A stretch of 64,000 nucleotides of DNA, from assembly GCF_004010195.1 (NCBI RefSeq), contig NC_057746.1:10519457-10583456 (forward strand), written 5' to 3'. The notes under the pieces were generated by a model that worked only from the letters and a program-made list of their open reading frames with translations, had not been told where the DNA came from and searched no databases. The stretch is from Chiloscyllium plagiosum. Taxonomy: Eukaryota. The number at the start of each line of letters is the position of its first letter. Within the stretch, counting starts at the first letter, position 1. Positions 26,936 through 40,625 of this stretch are shown one piece after another. The position numbers and the translations under genes were made by a program.

Positions 26936-27884
26936 ATCTTGGCTAAACTCTCTCTGACTGTCCTATTAGAACCCAAAATTTTTGTTTCCTCCTTCCCACT
27001 CCCCCTTCCCCTTCCGCTTCCCCTCCCCCAACGTTTTAGGTGTTACCCCCTAACATCCCAGAAACTTATATCTGAACATCTAATGCACCATACTATTTAT
27101 GTTGTGTACTGTCAAACTCTCCCAATTGAAACCAAACCGCATGGTACTCCAGGAGGTCTTTCACATACTGTTGGAAACAAAATCAGCATGGCGACAGAAA
27201 TACTTACAAGTTGATCATTGAATGACCAAACCCACATGCCACTAGTTCAAATCCAAATTTGAAAATAAATTATATTTTGAAAATAGACAAATTACACACC
27301 TTACATCACAAATGGTGAAAATGTCATTGTTAATTTTCCTGTATGTTAACCTGGTACAGTATATTGATTCCTAATGTGACCACTGACAGTGCAACCTAAC
27401 AAATCTGGAGATGACAACTGTGTGTTTTATCTATATAGAGTTAAGACAGCTGAGGAGCAAGGCACACCATCAATGCTTGGTGACTCAGTGAATGGCTGAA
27501 AAACACTAGCAAAATCTCAAAATTTATTTTGGCATTCAACAAATTATGTGCAAGTGACCACACAAACTCTCAAACGGTTCACTAACAGAGTTTTACATTG
27601 CCTGGATGATTTAGAGGAAATAAAATGCATGTTAATACACTCGTTCACCAAAATGCAATTTTAAAAATCTCACTTACCTTAGCTGTAGTCTTCTTGGTTT
27701 GCCTTACCTCCGCTGCTGCTCCCACGCAAAAAAGGCGGCTGGTGTCGAATGAAAAATATTTATACTCACTCCTTTCCTTCCCGGCAGTCCGTCTGGTCCG
27801 CGTCACTTCCGCTGCTGCTCCAGCTTCTACTTCGCTGTCGCCTTCCTGGTTCGTTTTGCCTCTGCTGCTTCATTTTCCTCGGCA

Positions 27885-28445
27885 GAGTGGGAGTTGAAAT
27901 TTTCGGTCACTGGGGGTGACTGGTGCGGTTGTCCTGGTGATGTTCTCTGAAACGCACTGCGAGAAGGCGTCCAGCCTCCCCAGTGAAGAGGAGACCACAT
28001 CGGGAGCAACGGATACAATAAATAGCATGTAGAAGTGCAGGTGAAAATTTGATGGATGTAGAAGGCTCCTTTCAAGCCTTGAATAGAAGTGAGTGGAGAG
28101 GTCTGGGCTCAGGTTTTGCAATTTCTGTGGTGGTAGGGAAGGTGCAAGAAGGGGAGAGTGAGTTTTCAGGGGGCATGGACCTGACCAGGTAGTCGTGGAG
28201 GGAAAGGTCTTTGCAGAAAGTAGAAAGGGGTGGGGAGGGAGATATACCTGGTGATGGGCCCATTTCGAGGTGGCGGAAATGTCGGCAGATGATGCGATTT
28301 AAGTAGAGGTTGGTTGGGTGGATGGTGAAGACCAGGGCGATTCTGTCCTTTTTGCGGTTGGAGGGTTCGGGTGAAGGCAAATATGCAAGATGTGTTGGAG
28401 GGCATCTTCAATCACGTGGAAGGGAAAGTGTCGGTCTTTAAAGGA
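27885..28445 (-). mobile_element. Penelope-like element fragment (RT C-terminus to GIY-YIG endonuclease)
   Basis: RKKDRIALVFTIHPTNLYLNRIICRHFRHL, then FTCTS...(CI)RC...LHWG...RFREH-like sequence in shifted frames. Confidence 0.8.
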
Positions 28446-28699
28446 GGAAGAATTGTCCCCTGCTTCAGGGACTTGCTGAATTTTAGGATTTATTCGGAGT
28501 CAAATTGAAACAAGTTTGAGTAATTAATATCTTTCACTAATTCTGGTAATTGGACAGGCGAAAGAGGTATATTTATGTTTAGTGATGCATTGTTTGCTGC
28601 TTTAACGCATCCTCTATTAATCCAAGCTGATGGGAAAACATATTGAACACAACCCATACATTCTAAACCTGCTTAGAACAAAATAATTATCATACAACA

Positions 28700-29190
28700 G
28701 AAGGATGTTGTGAAACTTGAAAGGGTTCATAAAAGATTTACAAGATTGTTGCGAGGGTTAGAGGATTTGAGCTCCAGAGAGAGGTTGAATAGGCTGAGGC
28801 TGTTGTCGCTGGTGCGTCAGAGGCTGAGGGGTGACCTTACAGAGATCTATAAAATCATGAGGGGCATGGATAGGATAAATAGACAAAGTTTCTTCCCTGG
28901 GTTGGGGTAGTCCAGAACTAGAGAGCATAGGTTTGGGATGAGAGGGGAAAGAGATAAAAGGTAATTAAGGGGCAACGTTTTCACGCAGAAGGTGGTGTGT
29001 GTATGGAATGCCAGACGAAGTTTTGGAAACTGGGACAATTGCAACATTTAAAAGGCATCTGGATGGTTATATGAACAGGAAGAGTTTAAGAGGGTTATGG
29101 GCCAAGTGCTGGCAAATGAGACTAGATTATGTTGGCATGGACAAGTTGAACCGAAGGTTCTGTTTCCATGCGGTACATCTATATGACTCA
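28700..29190 (+). mobile_element. CR1 3' end
   Basis: KLERVHKRFTRLL...RLRGDLTEIYKIMRG; tail catctatatgactc. Confidence 0.88.
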
Positions 29191-30534
29191 TACTGCTACT
29201 CCTTGTATATTCCATGTAGTTTGAGCCCATTTATGTTCACACGCATAAGCAGTATGTTCTGGTGTCATAGGCTAAACAACGAATCCAAGTGTACACTGAG
29301 ATCTAGGACCACAACTCATGGTGCCATTTACTGAGGCTACATAATCTGGTTTATGGCATTTAATTATGTGGCTTATTCTGTGTACCGCTGTGGTTTCTAT
29401 AAATGCAGAACTATTTCTGAACATCCTGCTATCGTCTATGGTATGGATTCAGTTTTTTTTAACCATGGCATCCATGACATGCTCCCCACCCTGCACATAA
29501 TGATTCTTGTTCTAGTAGGCTTCTTCAGCTTTCTACACTTCATTTGGTTAGTGTGAAATCATTAGACCTTGTTTTAGAAAACCAAACTGCATACAACAAG
29601 AGACCTATCTTCTATCTGTACGGTTCTTCATACAAGTTTCAGACACTTTCACAGTTTCTTACCATCGCTCGGTCATCGATATTCCAAACTTTTGGTATGG
29701 CTGTGGCTGTCTGAACCTAGCTGAAATGATATATCTTCCAAATTTTGGTGGCAGCCGTTGAGCAAAGCTTTGTCAAGATTCCACATATATCTTTGTGAAC
29801 TTGGTCCTGTGACTTCAGTTAAGTTTGTTAATTAACAAATGTATGGGGCCCTCATGGCCCTATCAGGAAATTCTTCATTGTTTTTGAGTGTGCACCCCAC
29901 GCCCCTCCCACATCTCCTAAACAACAACTCGATCAGACCTTGTTGAACAATGGGCCGAGGAGTGGCAGATGGAGTCTAATTCAGATAAACGAGAGGTGCT
30001 GCATTTTAGTTAAGCAAATCAGAGAAGGACTTAACTATGGATAGCCGATAAATGAGAACTTTACAATATTAGACAGACATCTTGAAGTTTTTAAAAAGTG
30101 TTCTCTTTTAATTGTAATGTTAAACTGAGGTTGTATTTGTCACCAGAGGTAGTTATCAAAGGATCCATGATGAGCCTATAGAAAGAGTAGATCACTTTCT
30201 CAGTATCTCAGTCAAGGTTTAGCTCCAACTAAGATCATCTGATACAAATGACATTGACTTTAATTTCATTGGATGTTTTCTGGATCTTGGTATGTACACA
30301 ACACTGTATGTGAAGGACTTAAGGATATATTGAGGATGAGATGAGGAGCTGTACATAAATATACATAAACTCTTCCTTTAGTTAACTTTCCATCCACTAC
30401 ATAAAAAAAAGTCTAATTTCCTATGGGATTTGCTAATCTCCTAATGATTTGGAATTAGTTATACAGTAGTTGCTTATTATATATTTTACACATTGGTTAA
30501 TTGTACCTGTTTTTGTGTATGTATCTCCCCACAG

Positions 30535-30816
30535 CTGCCCCTCAGATTGTCATGTATCCTGAAAAGCCTGCCAAATGGGGACAGCTCAACACATTGATCT
30601 GTCTGGCTGATGGATTCTACCCTCCACACATCACCATGAGATGGAAGAGGAACAGTGAGCCAGTGACTGATGAAGTCAACATTACAGAATTCTGTATGAA
30701 ACAGGATCATTCCTATCAGAGATTCACATACCTGAGCTTCATCCCAAATCCTGGAGACATGTATTCCTGTCACGTGGAACACGACGGGCTGCAGGATCCA
30801 ACCACTGTATTCTGGG
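30535..30816 (+). CDS. MHC class II alpha chain, alpha-2 (C1-set Ig) exon
   Basis: Acceptor tctccccacag, donor gtcagt; 282 bp, phase 1/1 (canonical size). Translation APQIVMYPEKPAKWGQLNTLICLADGFYPPHITMRWKRNSEPVTDEVNITEFCMKQDHSYQRFTYLSFIPNPGDMYSCHVEHDGLQDPTTVFW carries the class II alpha hallmarks NTLIC, GFYPP, YLxFxP, YSCxVEH and an NIT sequon. Confidence 0.95.
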
Positions 30817-32065
30817 GTCAGTCGTGAATATATTGTGTAAGAGCTGAATTCATCCTCGTGTCTAATAAACTGTGTGTATTACCGAAACTCCCCTGCGTTT
30901 TCTTAAAAGGTCTCTTTTTTTTAACCAAAAGAGTAGTAGTAGAATCCCAAGCAATAAGAAATAATTCGTAATTATTTAGGCTGTTTACTGTATTTTACAC
31001 CCAGTCCAGATTCCAACAGAAAACTCACAACAATGTAATTAAGTCAAAGATTGGTCTTCACTGAATGAGAAAAACAAAGATCATCGTATAATCTTCAGCA
31101 ACATACTTTCAGTCAGCTAAATTTATCCAGTCTTGATGATGCAAAAAATAGATTTAAAACAAAACCACGCAAACCAAAATCATACCAAATGCAATATCTT
31201 TCCATTTACATTTTGAGATTTACTTGTCATTGTACTGTATGTTTTACACACTCTGACTTCTGTAGTTTCGATTATTTTCACTGGTGATTATGTTCAGCAA
31301 GATTTAAATCTAGGGTGATTGGGAAAACAGAGCTCAAGATTTACCTCATGCCTCGCCTTGTTTCTGAAAAACTGAATTTCACACCAAAATTTGTGATAAA
31401 CTTTCAATGTAAAATAGCAATTTGAAGATTCTTTGGAAATGTTCAAAATGCATATAATCTATTTTGCAAGGTAATTCCCGTATTAAATTATGAATTTAAA
31501 CGCTTCTTTTTCTCCAATGTCTCTGTTCATTGTCTGTCCCTGTTTTCTTTCACTCTTCATTGCTTAATTTGTCTTTAATTTAATTTGCCACTGTTTCTTC
31601 TCTTTCTTTCTATAAGCACTGAGCTTGGAGCCTCTGAAGAATTTGGCCATGGATTGCAATTGTTCTTATGCTCCTTATTTTCCTTCTCAGCCAAATTCTG
31701 AGTACTCTCATAAGGTAACAGGTGATTGGTTAGTTAGTATTTTTCTCCTTTAACTTCTAGAAACTCAAAACTGATTAATAATTGTAAAGCTTTATTATAA
31801 GTAGTAAGCTAATACTCGCAAAATAAATATTAGTCGTGACAGTAGCATTTATAATTAGGAACAAGGAAGATATTAACTAATTAGCATCTCCTAGCAGATG
31901 ATGTGTTGAGACGTTACGAGGTGGGAGCTTGTCCAATTAGTGTTTGCAGCTAGAAAACGTTGGACTTCGAGTTAATAAGCTGCAGTCAAGTTACAGAGAA
32001 CGTGAACCATCATAGAAGGAGAAAGTTACCTGGAGACTTTAATAAAGAAAGCAGTCACACCTTGT

Positions 32066-32440
32066 TTTTATTCATTCAAGGGACATAGGACCATGTGAGT
32101 GAGACGAGCAATTGTCGCCCATCTGTTATTATCTTTGAATTGGCTTGCTTGGCCATTTAAGAGGGGAATTAAGTGTTGATGACTTTGCCATGTGTCTGAA
32201 TTCGTATGTAGTCACAGGACAGAGCAGGTAAAAACAGCAGATTTCCTTCCTTAACGGATGTTAGTGAATCAGGTGGGTTTTTACAAAAATCTACATCACA
32301 ATCATTACTGAGATTAGCTTTTAATTTCTGATTTTTAAACTAAATTCAAATTCTATTAGTAATTTCCTTTATTTTAAGCCGTGTCCCTGGACTGTTAGAC
32401 TCGGTTTCTGGATTATGAGTCCACTGACATTGCCACTACA
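32066..32440 (-). mobile_element. tRNA-derived shark SINE (non-HE1 family), degraded
   Basis: Similar to 46030-46265; its 3' tail resembles the end of the LINE at 46580-48075. Confidence 0.65.
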
Positions 32441-32519
32441 GCAGAAGTGTCAGCAGAATTTGACTGAGTGTGTGGCAGGTAAGTTGTTTGACAGGGTTGC
32501 AGATCTTCAGTCCCTGCTG

Positions 32520-33260
32520 TTATAGAGTCTTGGAATTATAGAGATGTGCAGCATGGAAACAGACCCTTTGGTCCAACTTGTCCATGCCAACCAGGTTTCC
32601 TAAAGTGAACTAGTTACATTGTCTGCATTTGGTCTATATCCTTCTAAACCTTTCGTATTTGCATATCTGTCCAAATGTCTTTTAAATGTTGTAATTGTAC
32701 TTGCCTCTATCATTTCCTCTGGCAGCTTCTTCCACATATACATCACACTCTGATTGAAAAACAACTTCTCTCTGTTTCCGTGTAGATATTTTTTGTCTCA
32801 CCTGAACCTATCCCAATTGTACTGGACTCCCCTACCCCAAGAAACAAACCTTGTCTTTACCTTACCATTGCCGCTCATGATTTTTTAAACTTCTATAACA
32901 TCAGACCTCAGCCTCCGATGCTCCAGACAAAGTTGTCCGAGCCAATCTCGACTTTCCTGATAACTCAAACCCTCCAGTCCCAGTAACATGTTTGTCAATC
33001 TTTCTGCACCCTTTCCAATTTAATTACATAATTCCTATAGCAGGAAAACCAGAATGGTATGGTGTACTCCAAATGTAACTTTACCAATATATTGTACAGC
33101 AGTAACGTGATGTCTCAGCTCCTGTACTTGATGAACTGACTGAACGGAAGCGTGCCAAACAAATTGATACATGCCTCATTTACTTTCTTTACCGGAGCCT
33201 CAGTATCTCTAGTGATCCAGTGCACTCCCATCTACATGTGACACCATTTTCAAGGAAAAA
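32520..33260 (-). mobile_element. CR1 3' fragment
   Basis: 3'UTR gcagcatggaaacagaccctttggtccaac and degraded RT C-terminus. Confidence 0.8.
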
Positions 33261-33284
33261 TGTACCGTCAACTCAAGGTTGTCA

Positions 33285-36200
33285 TAGACTCATAGAGATG
33301 CACAGCACGGAAACAGACCCTTTGGTCGGCATGGACGGGTTGGACCGGATATCCTAACCCAATCTCGTCCAACTTGACAGGACCCGGCCCATGTCCCTCC
33401 AAGCCCCTTCTATTCATATACCCATCCAAATGACTCGTAAATGTTGCAATTGTACCAGCCTCCACCACATCCTCTGGCAGCTCATTCCAAACACGTACCA
33501 CACTCTGCGTGAAAAAGTTGCCCTACACGTCTCTTTCATATCATTCCCCTCTCACCCTAAACTTATGCCCTCCCCGACTCCCCCACCCCAGGAAAAAGAC
33601 TTTGTCTATTTATCGTATTCATGCCGTTCATAATTTTGAAAACCTCCATAAGGTCACCCCTCAGTCTCTAACGCTCCAGGGAAAACAGCCCCAGCCTGTT
33701 CAGCCTCTCCCTATAGCTTAAATCCTCCAAAACTGGCAAAATGATTGTAAATCTTTTCTGAACCCTATCAAGTTTCACAACATCTTTCCAATAGGAAGGA
33801 GAACAGAATTGCACGCAATATTCCAACAGTGGCCTAACCAATGTCCTGTACAGCTGCAGCATGATCTCCCAACTCCTACTCACTACTCTGACCAATAAAG
33901 GAAAGCATAACAAACGCCGCCTTCACTATCATATCTCCCTCCGACTCCACGTTAAAGGAGCTATGAACCTGCACTCCAAGGTCTCTTTGTTCAGCAACAC
34001 TCCCTCGGACCTGACCATTAAGTGTAGAAGTCCTGCTAAGGTTTGCTTTCCCAAAATGCAGCACCTCGCATTTATCTGATAAAACTCAATCTGCCACTTC
34101 TCAGGCAATTGGCCCATCTGGCCCAGATGCTGTTGTAATCTGAGGTAATCCTCCTTGCTGTCCACTACACCTGCAATTTTGGTGTCATCTGCAAACTTAC
34201 TAACTGTACCTCTTATGCTCCCATCCAAATCATGTATGTAAATGACAAAAAGTAGAGGACCCAGCACCGATCCTTGTGTCATCCCACTTTTCACAGGCCT
34301 CCAGTCTTAAAAATAACCCACCACCACCACCCTCTCTCTTTTACATTTTCAGCGAGTTCTGTTTCCAAATGGCTAGTTCTCCCTGTATTCCATGAGATCT
34401 AACTTTGCTCATGAGACTCCCATGGGGAACCTTGTCGAATGCCTTATTGAAGTCCATATAGATCACATCTACTGCTCTTTCCTCATCAATCTTCTTTGTT
34501 ACTTATTCAAAAAACTCAATCAAGTGTGTGAGACATGATGTCTCACGCACAAAGCCATGTTGACTATCCCTAACCAGTCCTTGCCTTTCCAAATACATGT
34601 GCATCCTGTCCCTCAAGATTTCCTCCAACATCTTGCCCATCATTGATGTCAGGCTCACCGGTCTATAGTTCCCTGGCTTGTCTTTACCTCCCTTCTTAGT
34701 AGTGGCACCACGATTGCCAGCCTCCATGCTCTGGCATCTCACCTGTGACTATCGTTGATACAACTATCTCAGCAAGCGGCTCAGCAAACACTTCTCTAGC
34801 TTCCCACAGAGTTCCCGGATACACCTGATCAGGTCCTGGGTATTTATCCACCTTTAACCGTTTCGAGACATCCAGCACTTGCTCCAATGTAATCTGGACA
34901 TTTTGCAAGATGTCACCATTTATTTCCCTACAGTCCATATCTTCCATATCCTTTTCCACAGTAAATACTGATGAAAAATATTCATTTAGTATCTCCCCCA
35001 TTTTCTGTGGCTCCACAACAAGGCCGCCTTGCTGATCTTTGAGGGGCCCTATTCTCTCCCTAGTTACGCTTTTGTCCTTAATATGTTTGTAAAAACCGTT
35101 TGGATTCTCCTTAATTCTATTTGTCAAAGCTATCTCATGTCCCCTTTTTGCCCTCCTGATTTCCCTCTTAAGTATACTCCTACTTCATTTGTACTCTTCT
35201 AAGGATTCACTCGATCTATCCTGTCTATACCTGACATATGCTTCCTTCTTTTTCTTAACTAAACCCTCAATTTCTTTCGTCTTTCAGCATTCCATATTCC
35301 TACCAACCTTCTCTTTCAACCTGACAGGAATATGCTATCACTGGATTCTTGTTATCTCGTTTCTGAAGGCTTCCTATTTTCCAGCCGTCCTTTTACCTGC
35401 AAACATCTGCCTCCAATCAGCTTTTGAAAGTTCTTGCCAAATACAGTCAAAATTGGCCTTCCTCCAATTTTGAACTTCAACTTTTTTATCTGTCCTATTC
35501 TTTTCCATCACTATTTTAAAATGAATTGAATTATGGTGGCTGGCCCCAAAGAGCTCCCCCACTGACACCTAAGTCACCTGCCGTGCCTTATTTCCCAAGA
35601 GTAGCTCAAGTTTTGCACATTCACGAGTAGGTACATCACATACTGAATCAGAAAATTGTCTTGTACACACTTAAGAAATTCCTCTCCATCTAAACTTTTA
35701 ACACTATGGCAGTCCCAGTCGATGTTTGGAAAGCTAAAATCCCCTACTATAACTACCCTATTACTCTTACAGATGGCTGAGATCTCCTTGCAAATGTGTT
35801 TCTCAAATTCACTCTGACTACTAGGGGGTCTATAATACAATCCCAATGAGGTTATCATCCCTTTCTTATTTCTCAGTTCCACCCAAATAACTTGCCTGGA
35901 TATATTTCCGGGAATATCATCCCTCAGCACAGCTGGAATGCTATCCCTTATCAAAAATGCCACACCCCCTCCTCTCTTGCCTCCCTTTCTATCCTTCCTG
36001 TATCATTTGTATCATGGAACATTAAAGTTGCCAGTCCTGCCCATCCCTAAGCCATGTTTCTGTAATTGCTGTCATATCCCAGTCCCATGTTCCTTACCAT
36101 GACCTGAGTTCATCTGCCTTCCCTGTTAGGCCGCTTGCAATGAAATAAATGCAGTTTAATTTATTAGTCATACCTTGTCCCTGACTGCCCTGATATTTGC

Positions 36201-36905
36201 TTGGTTTGTTTGAGTTCTGTTCTCGACTGTACCAGTCTCAGATTTATCTCTTTACTCACTATCTCCATGTACCGTCCCCCCCCCCCCCCCCAACTTACCA
36301 GTTTAAATCCTCCCAAGCCGTTTTAGCAAATTTCCCTGCCAGTATATTAGACCCTTCCAATATAGGAGCAATCCGTCCTTCTTCTACAGGTCACTTCTAC
36401 CCCAGAAGAGATTCCAATGATCCAAAAATCCTTCGCCCATACACCAGCTCCTCAGCCATGTATTTATTTGCTCTGTCCTCCTATTCCTGCCCTCACTTGC
36501 TCGTCGCACTGGGAGTAATCCAGGTATTATTATTCTCGAGGACTTCCTTTTTAAATTTGTGCCTAATTCTCTGTCATCTTCCTTCTGAATCTTAACGTTT
36601 TCCCTTCCTATATCGTTGGTTCCAATGTGGATAATGACACCTTGCTGGCCCCTCTCCCCCGTGAGAACATTCCGCATCCTCCTGAGACATCTTTGATACT
36701 GGCACCTGCGAAACAACACACCATTCTGCTTTTTCTCTGCTGGCCACAGAAATGTCTGTCTCTACCTCGGACTACAGAATACCCGAACACAATTGATCTC
36801 TTAGAAGCCGCGTAGCCCTCGTTGCATTCGAGCCAGTCTCAATACCAGAAAGTTGGCTATTCGTGCTGCGTTCCCCTGAGAATCCATCCCCCTATATTTT
36901 CCAAC
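33285..36905 (-). mobile_element. Near full-length CR1 LINE with SGNH-esterase ORF1, APE endonuclease and RT (frameshifted)
   Basis: ORF1: FGYSVVRG...MVCCFAGASIKDVS and VIIHIGTNDIG. EN: WVELRNKKG...YYRPP...VIVGDFSFPNIDW. RT: QGSVLGPLLFVIYI...SKFADDTK. Confidence 0.93.
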
Positions 36906-36914
36906 TGTCCAGCT

Positions 36915-37230
36915 GTGCGAAGGTCAGTGTCCTGTTTGTGTGCAGACCGGAGGTGTTCCGCATTGCGGCCATCCAGTCGGCATTTGGTCTCCCCAATATA
37001 GAGTAGGCCGCATTGGGTGCAGCGAATACAATACACAAGATTGGAGAAGGAACATTTGAAACGCTGCTTCACCGGGAAAGACTGTTTCGGCCCTTGAATG
37101 GTGAGCAGGGAGGAGGGGATGGGGCAAGTCTTGCACCTTCTGCTGTTACATCGGAAGGCGGTGGTGGTGATGTAGGTTGTGGAATGGACTGATATATCCT
37201 GGAGGGAATGATCCCTGCGAAATCTGCAAG
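36915..37230 (-). mobile_element. Penelope-like GIY-YIG endonuclease fragment (Neptune type, with upstream Cys-rich motif)
   Basis: CNSRRCKTCP...FKCSFSNLVYCIRCTQCGLLYIGETKCRLDGRNAEHLRS within ORF 36857-37417. Confidence 0.88.
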
Positions 37231-37239
37231 CATTAGTGA

Positions 37240-38850
37240 CAGTTACTCTTGTAGCCACCACGTTCACAGCAAAAGACGTGAGACCAGACCCAGCGTAGAA
37301 TACCATCCAACCAGACGATGAAAAGGCTTCACCATTCTGATTGTAACAGATGATGTTAATCACCTGGAAGTTAACCAGCATAATTTGCACAAAGTAAACT
37401 GGCAAACACACATTCAACCAAAGACTGACATCAATTGAACCTAGTGAAGGGCATTTACCAGAACCATCAAAACACTATCTTACTACTGAAAGCCGCTACA
37501 TTACCTGCACACAATGGATTTCCCATTTCTTTCACTGCCGCATTAACAATGTGATGTAGCTACTATAATTAAACATGGAAACCTCAAATACTTTACGTGA
37601 TGGACACAAATCGACCAGAACTACAGCTCTCAAAACAGCTCATAGATCACAAAGCTACCCACAGTAGCAGAAAAGACCGAGAATATTCTCATTGACTCAG
37701 TCCAGGATTTTCAACAATTGTACAATAGTTTTAATGTCATAGGAGCTTTCGATAGTGACACTATATTACAGCTCAGAGCATAAAAATCCATCAACTGACC
37801 CTCCCAGATAGTGTGGTGTTCACATACAGGAAAAGCTTCGATATAAGTGCAAGGACTCGAATACAATGCCACCAACCATCATGTGCATCCCCACACAAAT
37901 ACATTTGATTCTGTGAGCAGATTACCAAACCCGGACATGGACGTCAGCATTCCACTTGATATAAACATTGACAGCATGAATATTCAGGTTTAAGATCTTC
38001 TCAAAGTCAATCTATATTGCATTTTGTTCAACAATATCATTTCAAAACGGCTAACAACCTATAACTGAAGGCACAGAGTTATCGTTATCAATGTTATCAT
38101 TGAAAGGTGGCCTAACATTGTTAGAGATTCCAAATACTCTCATATAATTCTGGACTTTACAGAGATGAGCTCGGTATCTTAAGGGGCATAATTTTCAAAG
38201 ATAAACAACTACTCATGCCCAAAACTCTCTGTCAGGGAATATTGTTACAACTGCAAAAGGACTTTATTGGCCTACAGCAGATGTCATGCCAGTCATGTGA
38301 TTAAGTTTATCAGCTAGTAATTAACAGTGGCACCAAAAAAGTAGGTGAGGTATGTCAGTGCCACCAGCCACAGCAACGTAGAGAACATTTACATCCATAT
38401 GAGATTCCAGCAGTGCTTTACTCCAAAACGGGCATTGATCTAGTTGTCATGATTGGAGATGGCTTCATCTTTGTCGCTGATTTATTTCTCCAAATGTCCA
38501 ATTATCAGACAGGTAAGACATTGGAGGTGCAGTGGCAAATGATTCTCGGGAGATATTTAATGGCTCAGATATTCCAGGGACTCGACAGTTGTACCTGCAG
38601 TGCAAACTGGCGTTCTGCATCAGGAAACCTCAGCACAGGGAAATTGGCCTGAAATTTGACGTTTCTGATAGGCAATTCCACTGCAACTCGAACTGTCCAA
38701 AAACATACATAAAAACTGAGTTTGGAGCGTCCTGGCTCATTTAAAATTATAGCCACCGAGGAAAGGTTAGAGGATTAAAAACTACCCTAATTCCAATGTA
38801 AATAGTAACCTGAATCCCAGATTCACCAGTGACTCCCATCTACACCGCTC
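37240..38850 (+). mobile_element. Gypsy LTR-retrotransposon pol relic (RNase H to integrase)
   Basis: Translates to DELGILRGIIFKDKQLLMPKTLCQGILLQL (~38164-38254) and EVCQCHQPQQRREHLHPYEIPAVLYSKTGIDL...FVADLF (integrase Zn-binding and core start); many stops. Confidence 0.7.
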
Positions 38851-40019
38851 GTCAGTATTTAATACTACTTAGGGACTCAGGTACAGAAATCATGAAAAGG
38901 TTCTGATCAAGTCCAGAAAATAATCAAAATCCTCAGGGATTGCAAGGAAAAGAATACAAGGAGCGAGAAGTTATGTTTCAGTAATGCAAAGGACTGGTTC
39001 GACCAAAACAGGCCTTTGTATTTCTGAAACATAAGTTCTGGACATATTCCCACAGTAAGGAGTCCTTGGAGGAGGTGCAGTGTAATTAGTCAGACTGAGC
39101 CCCAGAGTTAAAGAGTTATGTTATGAGGAGAGATTAAGCAACAGAGGTCTATATTTCCTGGATTTCAGATTTTCCCTAATCTCTCAGTTCACTCCTTTAC
39201 TGATTATTTAACATTAATGCTGCCTCAGAGGTCATGTATGCCTCACCAAGGGGAATAATCCGCAATGAATATCCTTCATAATTTCAAAATATTAAATTCA
39301 AATCTAATTTCAGCCCACCCTGTTCTAAAAGGAACAATTTTAGTGGCCTTGGGAGGAGAGTTACTGAAATGAAACCATATGTAACTTCAATTACATTGGA
39401 ACAGAAGGTAAAGAGACACACAATATTGAAGAGTTTTGATAGACTGGAGCGGTAGGAACTGCTTCCACTGGTAAGAGGATGGATAAGAAGAGGGCACAGA
39501 TAGAAGATAATTAGTGAAAGAACCAGGGAGCATCTGGAAATTTATTCATTGCTTCTTGTTGTGAACAATTGTTGGGAGCGAAGGAGGTTGAATACTGTTT
39601 GAAGAAAAAATAATGGTCTGGATTTACCAAGGAAAGCCAATCCCATTCAGGTCGCCACTCCAGCCTGTTTTATGAAGGAACGGAGCTCCACATTTCTGAG
39701 AGGAGATTTTAATCAGGGTTCCGTCAGAACTGCTAACCTGCATCCCCTCTTCACAGCATTCAGCTGCCAGATTCTGTTATGTAAATGTGTGATCTAAGCA
39801 CGGAAGGGAAGTGTAATGTTAGTTGCTGGGTGGGTAAATGCTATATGGTAGGAGGCCCAGGCTTCCATGTATGTCGGATGTTGGCTGGGTTAGGGTGGTG
39901 AAGGGTGCCACATGGGTGAAGGTGCTAGGGGCCCAGGTAAATGCTGCAGTGTTAGGGTAGGTTGGGTTGGGAGGAAGAGATTTGGTACAGTGGAAAGGGT
40001 GGTTGTCACAGATGGTTTC

Positions 40020-40625
40020 TCTCATGCACATAAAATCAAACACATGCCTACACATAAAGATAGACACACAAATACACACACACGCATACACAAACTAATA
40101 TGCACGCAGAGGTATGTAAACATCAGTACAAACACATATGTACATACATATGTACATAAATGGACATTCAAGCACACGTACACACTCAAATACTCATAGG
40201 TATTTACAAACATACATATGTGCATACAAATACTAGTAGATGCACACAGACATGTACATATATACAAAGACTTGTACTTGCACACAAACATATGCACACA
40301 CAGAGAAACGTATGCACATGGGCACACACACAGATGACACACACATAGACACAAACACATGTACACATGCACATATCCATTCACACCCGTACACACATAC
40401 ACATAGATACATATACACAAACACACATACATATGTACATGCATATACACACACGTGTACACACAGATCACAGACACAACACACATGCACACACAGAACA
40501 CACATACAGAACACATACACATGCAAAGAACAGACACCAACACACTCTGCCACCTTCCCCCCAGACCTGCCCCCCCACCCCTCCACCCCCCCACACACAC
40601 ACACAGAGAACGCATGTACACACAT
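40020..40625 (+). repeat. Degenerate (CA/TA)n low-complexity microsatellite
   Basis: Source of the H/T-rich and C/V-rich spurious ORFs at 39819-40769. Confidence 0.92.

Noticed and set aside
30535-30816. W-category MHC, beta-2-microglobulin, DM or class I alpha-3 identity for the Ig exon
   Set aside because: The motifs (NTLIC, GFYPP, DHSYQRFTYLSFIP) and the linked C-x2-G-x3-G TM exon fit ordinary class II alpha. The b2m/W-alpha-type Trp (KDWSF) is absent.
30501-30827. ORF-track 108-aa protein as a complete gene
   Set aside because: Its N- and C-terminal residues are intron sequence; the real unit is the spliced exon 30535-30816.
38413-38652. Restriction-like endonuclease of an R2/NeSL LINE (DLVV...VADL)
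   Set aside because: The upstream context shows it is the start of a Gypsy integrase core.
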